This document shows, piece after piece, positions 1-10,446 of a DNA stretch of 64,000 nt (position 1 is the stretch's first letter; the number at the start of each line of letters is the position of its first letter). Both the position numbers and the translations under genes were made by a program. This DNA is from Brevinematales bacterium (GTDB lineage Bacteria > Spirochaetota > Brevinematia > Brevinematales > GWF1-51-8), in contig JAGVBZ010000021.1 of assembly GCA_020059465.1 (NCBI GenBank), positions 34,788 through 98,787 on the forward strand, written 5' to 3'. The notes below the pieces were generated by a model. The model did no database searches. It saw only the letters and a program-made list of their open reading frames with translations, and was not told the origin of the DNA.

Positions 1-350
1 GCCAGGGCGGAATTATCGACAACCTCGAGAAGATAGATAAAATCTACCGGATGGAGCACGAGAAGAAAAAGCTGCAGGTCGAGCTAGAAAACATGCGGCT
101 TCAACTGTCACACTTAAAACACCTTTCCGAGCCCGACCCGAACCTTCTCGCTCTGAACGGGAAAAAGCTCCCGTCGACCGTGATTTTCCGTTACGACGAG
201 GAGTATGTGAACGATCAGATAAAAAATATGTTCCCCGAGACCGACTTCAGTTTCATAAAGTACCGATTGTTTCTGGTCGGCGGGGTGGCGGTACTGATTA
301 TCCTGCTCGGAAATATTTTCCTGGTCGCCGGAATGAGGCCAGCCGTATGA
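1..350 (+). CDS. Hypothetical protein, 5'-truncated; coiled coil plus C-terminal TM helix
   Basis: Frame is open from base 3 (QGGIIDNLEKIDKIYRMEHE...); C-terminal hydrophobic stretch LFLVGGVAVLIILLGNIFLV; stop overlaps aroK start (ATGA). Confidence 0.7.
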   Translation, partial: QGGIIDNLEKIDKIYRMEHEKKKLQVELENMRLQLSHLKHLSEPDPNLLALNGKKLPSTVIFRYDEEYVNDQIKNMFPETDFSFIKYRLFLVGGVAVLIILLGNIFLVAGMRPAV

Positions 351-850
351 ATATCATTCTGATAGGCTACAGGGGCACCGGAAAGACCACGCTCGGCAGG
401 GAACTCGCAAAAGAACTGGGATACCGTTTCATCGATACCGACGAGGAAGTGGTGCGAGAGAACGGGAAAACGATCCCGGAAATTTTTGCTGAGTACGGCG
501 AACCCCATTTTCGTGAACTGGAGAGCGCCGCGCTCGCAGGCGTAACATCGGGGGAAAAGTCCGTGATTTCCACCGGCGGCGGAATTATCCTCCGTGAGGA
601 AAACCGCCGGCTGATCATGAAACGGGGCTTCCGGGCATACCTGACCGCGTCACCGGAAGTGATCTATCAGCGTATCCACCGGGATTCGAACCGTCCGTCT
701 CTGACCGGAAAGTCGCCGATGGACGAGATATTGGAACTTTTAGATAATCGCCGCGCGTTCTATGAAGAAGTCGCGGAAATAACATTAGATACCGGGAAAA
801 TGCCGCTCGCGGAGTGCGTACGGCTCATCAGAAATAAAGTCGGATTATAG
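347..850 (+). CDS. aroK: Shikimate kinase
   Basis: NIILIGYRGTGKTT P-loop, FIDTD, FRELE, VISTGGG and RP(S)L motifs. Confidence 0.95.
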   Translation: MNIILIGYRGTGKTTLGRELAKELGYRFIDTDEEVVRENGKTIPEIFAEYGEPHFRELESAALAGVTSGEKSVISTGGGIILREENRRLIMKRGFRAYLTASPEVIYQRIHRDSNRPSLTGKSPMDEILELLDNRRAFYEEVAEITLDTGKMPLAECVRLIRNKVGL

Positions 851-858
851 GCGGGGGT

Positions 859-1917
859 ATGTCGCGAGTCTACTTAGGGGTAAAAATCATTCTATTCGTG
901 CTATTGGTCGTGTTCCTTGTCAATATAGTCGTCTTTGAATCGCTGCATAAGGGCAAATCGATCGCGGACAGCAACCCGGTATCCGGCGCGGTGATTTCCG
1001 TTTATCTCGGTATCAAGGGGTTTTTCCTAAACGACCCTTATTTTAACGAAACTCTCTCGCAGGTCACGGAATTCGAGAAAGGCCTGAATAATCTTCTGAA
1101 GGAGCGCACATACTCGCTGGAAAAGTATGCCTCCGATCAGCGCTTCTACGACCAGATATTTTACTACTGCGTGTCGCGCGAGTTGACAGAAATAAGCGAT
1201 ATCACCCATGAATATTTCGCACGGTATCCCGATTTCAAGGATCTGATAATAATCGATAAAAAGCTAAACGTTGTCTATAAATCGGGTTCGGAGAGCTTTC
1301 AAATCGAGTTTTATGCGTATACGAACCAGATCATCGCGATGAATTATAAGAACCTGTTCGGTATTATCAAAAAGGGCGAAGACCAGTTCCTCGATTTCGA
1401 GTTCGAAGTTATCGCCCTGTTCGATTTCAGCGTGCTGACCGAGGAGATTAAAAAAAATACTATGCCGGCGTTTGTCTATATCGGCGATACCCTGATCCGG
1501 AACGACCGTTTCTCGATCGAAGAATTCCGTCAGTACAAAGAAATGCTGAAAAAAGAGGACGATATCTACATCGGGTTTAATATCCTGAAAAAGATACCGG
1601 TGAGGATCGGCGAATTCACTATCGGGTATGCCGGCGTGATCTACCCGTCGCGGAGCTTCGTCAGCTATCTTCTCCTTTTTCTGAAACTGGCGTTATTCTG
1701 CGCGCTGGGCGTTTTTATCTTTTTCATCGACCGCCGGGTCGCCGCCTATCTGAAATCGGAAACAGGACAATTAAAAAGAGAAAATAAAAAAATCACCGTA
1801 GATTTACCGGATTTCCCGAAGCCCGAAGATGAGGAAGGGATTGCGGAGGATGAAAAAACCGATAGAAATCTCGAATGGATCGAGCATTACATCGGGCATT
1901 CGGAGCATGAAAAATGA
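859..1917 (+). CDS. Hypothetical membrane protein, two TM helices flanking an extracytoplasmic (Cache-like?) domain
   Basis: 352-aa ORF, N-terminal and near-C-terminal hydrophobic segments, GGGGG RBS-like element, operonic spacing. Confidence 0.7.
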   Translation: MSRVYLGVKIILFVLLVVFLVNIVVFESLHKGKSIADSNPVSGAVISVYLGIKGFFLNDPYFNETLSQVTEFEKGLNNLLKERTYSLEKYASDQRFYDQIFYYCVSRELTEISDITHEYFARYPDFKDLIIIDKKLNVVYKSGSESFQIEFYAYTNQIIAMNYKNLFGIIKKGEDQFLDFEFEVIALFDFSVLTEEIKKNTMPAFVYIGDTLIRNDRFSIEEFRQYKEMLKKEDDIYIGFNILKKIPVRIGEFTIGYAGVIYPSRSFVSYLLLFLKLALFCALGVFIFFIDRRVAAYLKSETGQLKRENKKITVDLPDFPKPEDEEGIAEDEKTDRNLEWIEHYIGHSEHEK

Positions 1918-2690
1918 CAGCGATACGGTCCATCATATCAGGATTGTTGATATCGGTCTTTTCCATCACGCTGGCTGCGCTGGAGTGGGGCGAGAATAAT
2001 ATTATCAAATTCAAGCCGGAGACGGATTCGCCTTATGCCCTTTTTCTCGATTATGAAAACATCGACGCGGGCGGCGGATGCATTAAAGCCGCCGACCCTG
2101 CCAATTCGTGGGTCAGGACGTACGACCTCTTCACCGGGACAGATTTCCTGCCCCATAGCGCGTTCCTGAATATCGTAAACTCTTCCACCGATTCATATAT
2201 CACACTGCTGGTACGGGATTCCATAAACGACGAGATACTCGCAAAACAGAACTTCTCGCAAACCGGATTCCTCAGCTTGACTAATATTTTTAAGAAAGAA
2301 GTATATCTGATGGTCGAGTTCCACGGGACTAATCTTCAGCTTTTTTCGTTCGGGCTGAAACGTATTCCTCGTGAAATCATACGCCCCGCGGAATTCGAGG
2401 TCGGCCCATACCTCTGTTTCTACGGCATCACCAACCTGAATATCAATATCAACCTCCGGATACCGTCGTTAATCGATATGATAGTCTACGACGAGTACGG
2501 AACTATCGTACATTATGTGCAGAAACAGAAGTACCTTCCGCAGGGTCAGTACGAGTTTTATTGGAAGCCGGAAGAGCAAAAAAATAAGAACAACCTGAAA
2601 TCGGGGTCATATTTTATCTATATCCGCGCGAAATCCATCGACGGAAAAACCATCGAGTTGTCGAAAAAATTCCTTTTTATTAAGAATTAA
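1914..2690 (+). CDS. Exported protein with C-terminal FlgD-Ig-like domain
   Basis: Signal peptide; C-terminal 'IVYDEYGTIV...GQYEFYW...LKSGSYFIYIRA' matches FlgD_ig-type pattern; overlaps upstream stop. Confidence 0.65.
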   Translation: MTAIRSIISGLLISVFSITLAALEWGENNIIKFKPETDSPYALFLDYENIDAGGGCIKAADPANSWVRTYDLFTGTDFLPHSAFLNIVNSSTDSYITLLVRDSINDEILAKQNFSQTGFLSLTNIFKKEVYLMVEFHGTNLQLFSFGLKRIPREIIRPAEFEVGPYLCFYGITNLNININLRIPSLIDMIVYDEYGTIVHYVQKQKYLPQGQYEFYWKPEEQKNKNNLKSGSYFIYIRAKSIDGKTIELSKKFLFIKN

Positions 2691-3976
2691 TCCTTCAGCA
2701 GGATATACGAAAATTTTTCCTCGACAGGATTCTCTATCGCGATCATGACTATATTCTTATCCGCCATACTTTCCGCGACAACCCCCTGGGAATTCCATGC
2801 CTCAATCTCGTTGATCGACTTATATTTATACTTTGTATCCTTTACAGGATTGTAAAGATATAACGTCTCTATCTTGTCTTTTACCTGATAATAAAGGATA
2901 TTGCCCTCGATAAAACGTTCAAATTTATAAGACGGTTTCACACCCGAAAAATCCTTCAATGTCTGGTTGTTTTTAATATTCTTCATCACTCCGCCGGAGT
3001 TCCCGAGATAAAAATTATAAGTCCCGGTAGAATCGATCAGGAGGCCGTTGAACGGGGTATTATTGACCGACTTGTTGGTAATATTAAGCGAGACAACCCC
3101 TTTCTTCCCGGCAATATAGATACTGTCGCCGAATATTTCGAATTCCACCAAACCGTCAACAATCCAATCCTTATTGACCGGGGTAAGAAGGTTCTCCTGC
3201 CGGAATCCGATGTTCGGGTCGTCGTTCCGCTTATTGAAATCGACGCTCCAGAAATTTTCCGTATTATTGAGTATCAGAACGTTGCCGAACCATTCGATAG
3301 CTTCGATACCGTTGGCATAGGCGACAAACTCGCCGCGCTCGGTAACATAAACAGCGGCGGATTTCTTAGTGCCGCAACGGAAACTCATTGCAAAATATTT
3401 GTCGTCCATCGAAAAATCGATAGAATAGATATACGCCTTTTCATGATCGAATACGCCGATAAACATGCTTTTTCCGTTTTTGATATTCACTACCCTGTAT
3501 GCATAGCTGTCTGTCCTGTTGGTATACACTCCCTCGACAAGGAAATAATCTCCGTTATACGACGGATAAATCGCGTTGATAGCCCCGACATCCATCGCCG
3601 AAACGACCTCGTGCGATACGATATCTGTCTTATAGATAAAGTTGTTATAATAATAGACCAGATAATTCTTTCCGCTCTCGGAGTAAATGCGGGGAGAGAG
3701 AAGGATCTTTTCCTTGATATTCGGCGCGCCCGCCGGTATGGGCGCGATAGCCAGCTTCGGAATCCATCCCCGAAGCCATCCGTTGGAGATCAGGAAGAAA
3801 TCCCCCTGCTCCTTCTCGATCTTTACACTCATTCCCACCTGCAGTGTCCCCATCGGAGATTCCACCATAGGGTTTTTATAGATCGGGGCGTTGATCTCGT
3901 TTACCGTAGCGTTCGCCCCCATTACCGCATTAGCGAATACCGCGAGAAAAATAAGGCTACTCAGCAGGCTTCTCAT
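2687..3976 (-). CDS. Exported protein, N-terminal SH3b-like domain plus beta-rich (propeller-like) region
   Basis: Signal peptide; 'APIYKNP...GTLQVGMSVKIEKEQGDFFLI...RGWI' SH3b-like; overlaps topA 3' end. Confidence 0.65.
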   Translation of the reverse strand: MRSLLSSLIFLAVFANAVMGANATVNEINAPIYKNPMVESPMGTLQVGMSVKIEKEQGDFFLISNGWLRGWIPKLAIAPIPAGAPNIKEKILLSPRIYSESGKNYLVYYYNNFIYKTDIVSHEVVSAMDVGAINAIYPSYNGDYFLVEGVYTNRTDSYAYRVVNIKNGKSMFIGVFDHEKAYIYSIDFSMDDKYFAMSFRCGTKKSAAVYVTERGEFVAYANGIEAIEWFGNVLILNNTENFWSVDFNKRNDDPNIGFRQENLLTPVNKDWIVDGLVEFEIFGDSIYIAGKKGVVSLNITNKSVNNTPFNGLLIDSTGTYNFYLGNSGGVMKNIKNNQTLKDFSGVKPSYKFERFIEGNILYYQVKDKIETLYLYNPVKDTKYKYKSINEIEAWNSQGVVAESMADKNIVMIAIENPVEEKFSYILLKD

Positions 3977-6083
3977 ATCCGCATCCTTCCTTTAAGCATA
4001 TTAGTTTTGTTTCCCCTTTTTCACGTTTATTGAAAAGGACGCTGCCGTCGTTCGGGCAGGATTCCTTCGACGGTTCGAGGAAGGTAGCAAAATCGCAATT
4101 CGGGTACACCGAACACCCATAGAAGAACTTCCCTCTCCCGCCTTTTTTCTTGACTACCTGACCGGTCTCGCATTTGGGGCATTTCCCCAACGGCAGCGGT
4201 TTCGCGTTCCGGCAATCGGGCCATCCTGAACATGCGAGAAAATACCCGAAACGACCGAGTTTTTTCAGCATTTTTTTACCGCATTTCTCGCAGACATATT
4301 CGGTTTCCTCGTCGAAACTTCCTTTCAGGTTATCTATCTGCTCATACGCTTTATTCAATACGAGAGTAAACGGTTCGTAAAAATGGCGGACGACGCCCTT
4401 CCATTCCTTGCCGCCCTCCTCTACCTCGTCCAGCTCGTCCTCCATTCTTGCGGTAAACCCGACGTTGATCAGTTCGGGGAAATTTTCCACAAGGAGCCGG
4501 TTAACCACCCGCCCGAGTTCGGTCGGGACAAGGCTTTTACCGGATTTCATAATATAATAACGTTTCGTCAGTGTGAAGATTGTCGGGGCGTAGGTAGACG
4601 GCCGCCCGATGCCGAGTTCCTCCATCGTCTTGACCAGAGACGCGTCGGTAAAACGCGGAGGCGGTTCGGTGAACTTCTGATCCTTATCGATCTTCGTCAC
4701 CGTAAGCTCGTCGCCCTTCTTGAGGTCGCGGGGAAGCATTTTTTCCTTTTTCGTCTTGGAGAACTGGTACACCGCCTGATATCCCTCGAATACGGTATGC
4801 GAATCGGACGCGGTAAACAGCTTGTCGCCGTTCTCGATCTCGATTGTGTAAGTTTCCGTCTGGGAGGGCGTCATCTGAGAGGCGGTAAACCTGCGCCATA
4901 TCAAGTTGTAAAGTTTATATTGATCGGCGGTCAGATAGCTCTTGATTTTATCCGGGTGCAGTTCCACATCGCTCGGTCTGATAGCCTCGTGCGCGTCCTG
5001 AGCGGATTTCTTATTCGCGTAAACGTTCGGCTTATCGGGAAGAAATCCCGGCTCAAAGCTGCCGGCGATATATTTCCGTACCGCCTCCATCGCAATCGGA
5101 GATATGCGGGTCGAATCGGTACGCATATAGGTAATAAGCCCCGTTCGGGTCTTGCCGAGGTTGATACCTTCGTAAAGTTCCTGCGCGATCATCATCGTGC
5201 GGATAGAGGAGTAGCCCAATGTATTATTCGCGGCCTGCTGAAGCGTACTGGTGATAAACGGCGGCAGGGCCTTCCTGCTCTGCTGGCGTACAGTTATATT
5301 GCCGATCACGGACTTCCCGGCGAGGATTTCCTTCTCGATCCTGTCGGCGTTCGCCTGATCGGAAATCTCCGCTTTCTTCCCGCCGATTTTAACCAATTCA
5401 CCGATCAGGGCGTGCTTTTTCGATTTAAAATGTCCCTTGATCTCCCAGTATTCCACGGGAATGAATTTATCGATCTCGTCCTCGCGCTCGCAGATAATCC
5501 GCAGCGCGACCGATTGCACCCGTCCCGCAGAGAGCTTGGATTTGACTTTTTTCCATAGCAAGGGACTAAGCTGATACCCGAATAAGCGGTCGATTACGCG
5601 CCGCGACTGCTGAGCGTTCACCAGACGGTTATCGATTTCGATCGGATGATTGATCGCATCAAGGACGGCGGGCTGCGTAATCTCCTCGAACTTGATGCGC
5701 CGGATCGGCACTTCGCGGTTCTTGAGCTTAGACAGCACCTTCTCGTTCATATGATTGCGGATATGGTACGCGATAGCCTCACCCTCGCGGTCGGGGTCGG
5801 ACGCGAGAATAATTTCGGATGCGTTTTTCGCGGCGTCGCGGAGTTCCTTCATCACTTTCGATTTGTCCCGCATCACAATATAGTCGGGCTCAAACGTATC
5901 CAGATTGACCCCCATCCGTGAACGCGGCAGATCGATCAAGTGCCCGACCGAGGCCTTGACCTCATAGCCGGATCCGAGATATTTCTTTATCGTATCCGCT
6001 TTCGACGGCGATTCCACGATGACTAATTTTTTCAGATGCGCCGTTTTTTTCTTCGCGGCAGTTTTTTTCTTTGTATCGGCCAT
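3957..6083 (-). CDS. topA: DNA topoisomerase I (type IA)
   Basis: LVIVESPSKA, SDPDREGE, SAGRVQS, LITYMRTDS (catalytic Tyr), AQDAHEAIRP, C-terminal Zn ribbons. Confidence 0.98.
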   Translation of the reverse strand: MADTKKKTAAKKKTAHLKKLVIVESPSKADTIKKYLGSGYEVKASVGHLIDLPRSRMGVNLDTFEPDYIVMRDKSKVMKELRDAAKNASEIILASDPDREGEAIAYHIRNHMNEKVLSKLKNREVPIRRIKFEEITQPAVLDAINHPIEIDNRLVNAQQSRRVIDRLFGYQLSPLLWKKVKSKLSAGRVQSVALRIICEREDEIDKFIPVEYWEIKGHFKSKKHALIGELVKIGGKKAEISDQANADRIEKEILAGKSVIGNITVRQQSRKALPPFITSTLQQAANNTLGYSSIRTMMIAQELYEGINLGKTRTGLITYMRTDSTRISPIAMEAVRKYIAGSFEPGFLPDKPNVYANKKSAQDAHEAIRPSDVELHPDKIKSYLTADQYKLYNLIWRRFTASQMTPSQTETYTIEIENGDKLFTASDSHTVFEGYQAVYQFSKTKKEKMLPRDLKKGDELTVTKIDKDQKFTEPPPRFTDASLVKTMEELGIGRPSTYAPTIFTLTKRYYIMKSGKSLVPTELGRVVNRLLVENFPELINVGFTARMEDELDEVEEGGKEWKGVVRHFYEPFTLVLNKAYEQIDNLKGSFDEETEYVCEKCGKKMLKKLGRFGYFLACSGWPDCRNAKPLPLGKCPKCETGQVVKKKGGRGKFFYGCSVYPNCDFATFLEPSKESCPNDGSVLFNKREKGETKLICLKEGCGYEKPAE

Positions 6084-6304
6084 TAATCCGTGCCTCCCGG
6101 ACGATGTGTTTCTTCCATATTATTATCCGATATTTTACTAAATAAAAACCTGAAAATCAAGTTTTATTGAAGGGCGTCTCTAAAAATCGTTCTTTTCGGA
6201 ATTTTACCTGGAGATTTCGGAGTTTTTATGCATCGAGAGGAAATCGCTGGAGATAATTCTTACTCCTATGCTTAGAAACCACTCCCGCCGATACAGGAAA
6301 ATAC

Positions 6305-6333
6305 AACACCCGCGGGCAATGCCCGCGGGTGTT
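6305..6333. repeat. Perfect inverted repeat, possible terminator of ppx-ppk1 (minus strand)
   Basis: AACACCCGCGGGCA-A-TGCCCGCGGGTGTT, 14-bp arms. Confidence 0.7.
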
Positions 6334-6560
6334 AGGCGAATGAGAAGCGGATTATCTTTCTTAGTTCATTTACGCCGATATATGAGGGGGTATGTTTATC
6401 TTATTTTATTAGACGGAGATTATAGGAAACGGTTAGAAACACGAGCGAATAATAGTTTAGGATAATATTTTTTATCGAGAAAAAATGCGAAGGGGAACGA
6501 GCGATTGAGTTCGTCAATTCGCATACGGGGTTCGGACATAGATTCCCTAATCAGTACAGC

Positions 6561-8684
6561 TTATAGACCTTTTTCCGGATTGCGTATCGGTTTGAATTCC
6601 ATCTTCTTCTCCATTTCCCGCCGGGCCTTCTCTTCCTTCTTGCCGATAAAGTCTTCGATCTCCTTAAAGCTGTCGCGCACTTTTTTATCAGTGCGTAGAG
6701 TGTATACTCCCTCAGAATTGAGTTCCCATGAATTCGCGGTATCGTTGAATTGAATTTCCAGCACTTTACTCAGCAATGCGCGGCCGTCCTTTGCCTTAAT
6801 CGGAAACAGAAGTTCTACCCTGCGGCTGAGATTCCGCATCATCCAGTCCGCGCTGGAAAGGAAATATTCCTCGTCGCCGCCGTTGTAGAAATAATAGACT
6901 CTCGCATGCTCGAGGAACCGTCCGATGATACTGTGTATCGTAATATTTTCGCTGAGACCTTTAAGACCGGGTTTTAGGGCGCAGCCGCCGCGAATGATCA
7001 GGTTAATCTTTACTCCGGCCATCGATGCTTCATAGAGCGCCTGTACAATTTCCTTATCCAGCAGGGTATTCAGCTTTGCGATAATTCTCGCGTTCATCCG
7101 GTTTTTCGCATTCGCGGTCTCGCGCCGGATCAGCGAGAGAAATTTTTCCCGCATATCGATAGGCGCGACAGCGACATGATTCCATTTATTCGGCAGCGAA
7201 AACCCCGTCAACAGATTGAATAATTGGGATATATCCTCGCCGATCAGCTCGTCGCTCGTAAAAAGGCTGAAATCGGAGTAAAGTTTCGCGGTAGTCTCAT
7301 TATAGTTTCCGGTCGCCAGATGGCAGTACCGGCGTATCCCGCTTCGTTCCTTCCGGACGATCAACAGCGCCTTGGTATGGGTTTTCAGGTTTGCAATCCC
7401 GTAGATCACATGCGCGCCAGCATCCTCGAGAGCCCTCGCCGCGCTGATATTCCGTTCCTCGTCACCCCGCGCTTTTAATTCGTCGAGAATGGTAACATAT
7501 TTCCCGTTAACGGCGGCTTTGATCAGTCCTTTCAGGATCGCCGATTTAGAACTCGTCCGGTAGAGAGTTAGTTTTATCGCAAGAACATCCGGGTCCTCGG
7601 CGGCCTTATCGATCATCTCGACTACAGGGTCGTAGGCCTGGTACGGATGAAAGAGTAAAACGTCCTTTTCCCCGATCACTTCAAAAATATCTTTGGATTG
7701 GAACTCTGCCGGATAGAGCGGCTTAATCTGCGCTTCTTTCAGGTCGTTCCGCGACGATGTCATGTAGATATCCATGCACGACCCCAAATCGAACAGACCG
7801 TTGATCTCAAAGACCGCGTCGCCGACCACGTCGAAACGCTCAACCAATTCCTTCAGACGGGTTTCGGGAAGCCCTTTCTCATACTCGAATTTGACCACGT
7901 CCCGCAGATGCATCGTCTTGACCTTTTCCTCGATACGCATCAGGAGGTCGGACGCGGCGTCGGTCTCCACATTAAAATCGGTATCGCGGGAAAGCCGGAT
8001 AATACTCGTCCATTCGACCGTGTATCCGTTATAGAGTTCCCCGACAAATAATTTGATAATGCTTTCGAGCGGGAAATAGGTTTCCTCATTTTCGATTTTA
8101 ATATACCTTCCCAGGGCGCTGGACGGAACCTCGACAAATGAGAGATCCGTTACCTCGATCGATTCGGGGATTTTATCGCCGCGCTTCAGACCGGCCGCAA
8201 TATAAAGTCTCCCCGAGTTGAGTCTGGGAAATGGATGGGTCGGACCGACGGAAAGCGGGGTCAGCACTTTCTGGATTTTGGTCTGAAATACATGCTTCAG
8301 GTAATCCTGATACTTCGTAAAATCGGAAGGCTCGGTAACAATATTTACGCCAACCCCGCGAAGTTCGGGCAGGATTCTTTCATCGAACTCTTCATAGAGG
8401 CGTTTATAAAAAGCGCGAACCCGTTTCATAATCCCGACAAGCTGTTCGGCGGGCGATAGACCGTCGGCAGAACTCCCGCCAGTTTCCAGATCGTTCTGTT
8501 TATTGATCGCAGCCACCCGCACCATAAAGAATTCCTCGAGGTTGCGGGTCACAATCGATATAAACTTCAGACGTTCCAGAAGGGGATTGCTTTCCTCGCA
8601 TGCTTCGTACAGGACACGGTTATTAAACTCCAGCCAGCTCCATTCCCGGTTCAGGAAATACTTTGGGTTATTCAAATCGATCAT
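6561..8684 (-). CDS. ppk1: Polyphosphate kinase 1
   Basis: FLNREWSWLEFNNRVL, EFFMVRVA, PTHPFP, LKTHTK (phospho-His), GRFLEHAR, SADWMMRNL. Confidence 0.97.
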   Translation of the reverse strand: MIDLNNPKYFLNREWSWLEFNNRVLYEACEESNPLLERLKFISIVTRNLEEFFMVRVAAINKQNDLETGGSSADGLSPAEQLVGIMKRVRAFYKRLYEEFDERILPELRGVGVNIVTEPSDFTKYQDYLKHVFQTKIQKVLTPLSVGPTHPFPRLNSGRLYIAAGLKRGDKIPESIEVTDLSFVEVPSSALGRYIKIENEETYFPLESIIKLFVGELYNGYTVEWTSIIRLSRDTDFNVETDAASDLLMRIEEKVKTMHLRDVVKFEYEKGLPETRLKELVERFDVVGDAVFEINGLFDLGSCMDIYMTSSRNDLKEAQIKPLYPAEFQSKDIFEVIGEKDVLLFHPYQAYDPVVEMIDKAAEDPDVLAIKLTLYRTSSKSAILKGLIKAAVNGKYVTILDELKARGDEERNISAARALEDAGAHVIYGIANLKTHTKALLIVRKERSGIRRYCHLATGNYNETTAKLYSDFSLFTSDELIGEDISQLFNLLTGFSLPNKWNHVAVAPIDMREKFLSLIRRETANAKNRMNARIIAKLNTLLDKEIVQALYEASMAGVKINLIIRGGCALKPGLKGLSENITIHSIIGRFLEHARVYYFYNGGDEEYFLSSADWMMRNLSRRVELLFPIKAKDGRALLSKVLEIQFNDTANSWELNSEGVYTLRTDKKVRDSFKEIEDFIGKKEEKARREMEKKMEFKPIRNPEKGL

Positions 8685-10246
8685 ACTTTTATCTCCAAAC
8701 TAATCGGTACCCCGAAAAACATTTCAAAAAGATCGCCTTTCGATTTCACCGCGGATTTTACTATATCAAAATATTCAATCTGTCCTATCTTCATTTTGAC
8801 CTGAATCTCGCATTTGGTATCCAGCAGGCTCACGGTGATATCCTCGACGGCCTGATTGTGAATATTATCCAATGCGTCGGCGACACGAAGAATCGCCGCA
8901 AGACGGCTGACGATGACCCGTTCGTGCATCGGGAGCGCCATATACTCGATATGCGACGGTTTCGGCGTGGCCTTCCGATGGTAACGCGAAATCAGCGATA
9001 TCAGATTCATCTCGCTTTTACTCAACCCGAATATCTCGCTGGAAAGAATCAGTACCTGCGAATGCTTATGGTGGCTGCTCGGATTAACGAACGCGCCTAT
9101 ATCATGCAGTATCCCGGATACCTCGAGAAGCATTCTTTCAATTTCAGGCAGCCCATAGGTGCTTTTAATCTGGTCGAATAAAGAAAGTGCGATTTTTGTC
9201 ACATGCATCGAGTGTTCTTCGGCAAAACGATACTTTCGTCCGAGATAGACTGCCGAGGAGATGATGTGGTCACGCAGCTCGTCATCGATAATCCCGTCCT
9301 GCTCGTTGTCGTCATGGCATGTCAGATAGTCCAAAATCGCCCCGGACATGGGAATATTCGGGAATAAAATATCCTTCGCCTTAGTCAGCGCGAAAAATTT
9401 CGCCGTCATGAGAAGCGCCATCATGGTCGTCCCAGCGACATTCTCGTTGAGCGAATACTTTTTATTGATCTCCTCGATCGTTAAATTCTCCACTTCCTGA
9501 AAAAGCGACTTGAATCTCGGGGCGCTGATCCGGTAAATATCCTCTACTTCTTTATCGACGCCGATCGACTCGATCAGGCGAATCAAATCGTCGTTCAGCG
9601 CGACAAAGCAGTCGATTCCCTTAATCTCGGGATAGTTTTTCATATTGTTTATAAAATTGATGGTTACCGGACTCAACGCATAATCGAAAAAACGCTCCGG
9701 CAGATCGTATGAACGGAGAAGACGCAGCGTACCCTGATTATAGGACTGGGTGAACGCGATTTTCCCCTTGACCAGCATCATGATCTGTGTGGATCCTCCC
9801 CCGATCGAAATGATCAACGTATTTCCCTCGAGGAAACCATAACGGTCTTTAAGGAGTTTGCGCGCGGAATGGTAATAATACTTAATCTCCTGAATAGGTT
9901 CAATGATCTCGATTCGTATTCCGGTCGCGTTGAATACTCTTTCCATCACCGCATCGGCGTTAGACGCGCCGCGCAGACTGCTTGTCGCGATCGCCTTGTA
10001 GTCCTCGATCTGGTAGGATTTCATCACTTCCAGGTACTGCTTGATCACGTTTATCAGATCGCGGACAGTCTGGTTTGAAACCACTCCCTTGCTGAATGTA
10101 TCCTTCCCGATCAGCACGGGAACCCAGAGATGCTCGATAGTCTTGAAGCACCCCTTCCTAATTATTTCTCCGACTGTCATCCGGATTGAATGAGAACCGA
10201 TATCGATTACAGCGTATAAGCCCTGTTTCCGTTTTTTCATATTCAT
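8681..10246 (-). CDS. ppx: Ppx/GppA family exopolyphosphatase with C-terminal HD domain
   Basis: VIDIGSHSIRM, ATSSLR, IGGGST, LHDIG, RYHRK; 4-nt overlap with ppk1. Confidence 0.88.
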   Translation of the reverse strand: MNMKKRKQGLYAVIDIGSHSIRMTVGEIIRKGCFKTIEHLWVPVLIGKDTFSKGVVSNQTVRDLINVIKQYLEVMKSYQIEDYKAIATSSLRGASNADAVMERVFNATGIRIEIIEPIQEIKYYYHSARKLLKDRYGFLEGNTLIISIGGGSTQIMMLVKGKIAFTQSYNQGTLRLLRSYDLPERFFDYALSPVTINFINNMKNYPEIKGIDCFVALNDDLIRLIESIGVDKEVEDIYRISAPRFKSLFQEVENLTIEEINKKYSLNENVAGTTMMALLMTAKFFALTKAKDILFPNIPMSGAILDYLTCHDDNEQDGIIDDELRDHIISSAVYLGRKYRFAEEHSMHVTKIALSLFDQIKSTYGLPEIERMLLEVSGILHDIGAFVNPSSHHKHSQVLILSSEIFGLSKSEMNLISLISRYHRKATPKPSHIEYMALPMHERVIVSRLAAILRVADALDNIHNQAVEDITVSLLDTKCEIQVKMKIGQIEYFDIVKSAVKSKGDLFEMFFGVPISLEIKV

Positions 10247-10266
10247 CCCAAAGTTGTAATTTGTAT

Positions 10267-10294
10267 ATTATAGCGATAATTCCCTAAATGTCAA
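10267..10294 (-). promoter_or_regulatory. Sigma70-type promoter of ppx-ppk1
   Basis: Minus strand TTGACA-N16-TATAAT. Confidence 0.7.
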
Positions 10295-10368
10295 GGAATA
10301 GATTTTATATACATATGTGCGTATTGTTTATTGCAGATGCCGTATATCAGTTCTTCCGGCGGACGCTG

Positions 10369-10393
10369 AAAAAAACCGCCGGTTCACGGCGGC
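10369..10393 (-). terminator. Intrinsic terminator downstream of FGE-family gene
   Basis: Minus strand GCCGCCG-TGAAC-CGGCGGT then T-run. Confidence 0.65.
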
Positions 10394-10446
10394 AGAAAAA
10401 CATCTCTCGGTCGTATTTTCCAGATACGTTATCCCTTATAATACTG

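Noticed and set aside
4383-5558. 391-aa ORF antisense to topA (likewise long antisense ORFs over clpB, glgB, eno and 32044-33018)
   Set aside because: Codon-bias shadow frames opposite well-supported genes
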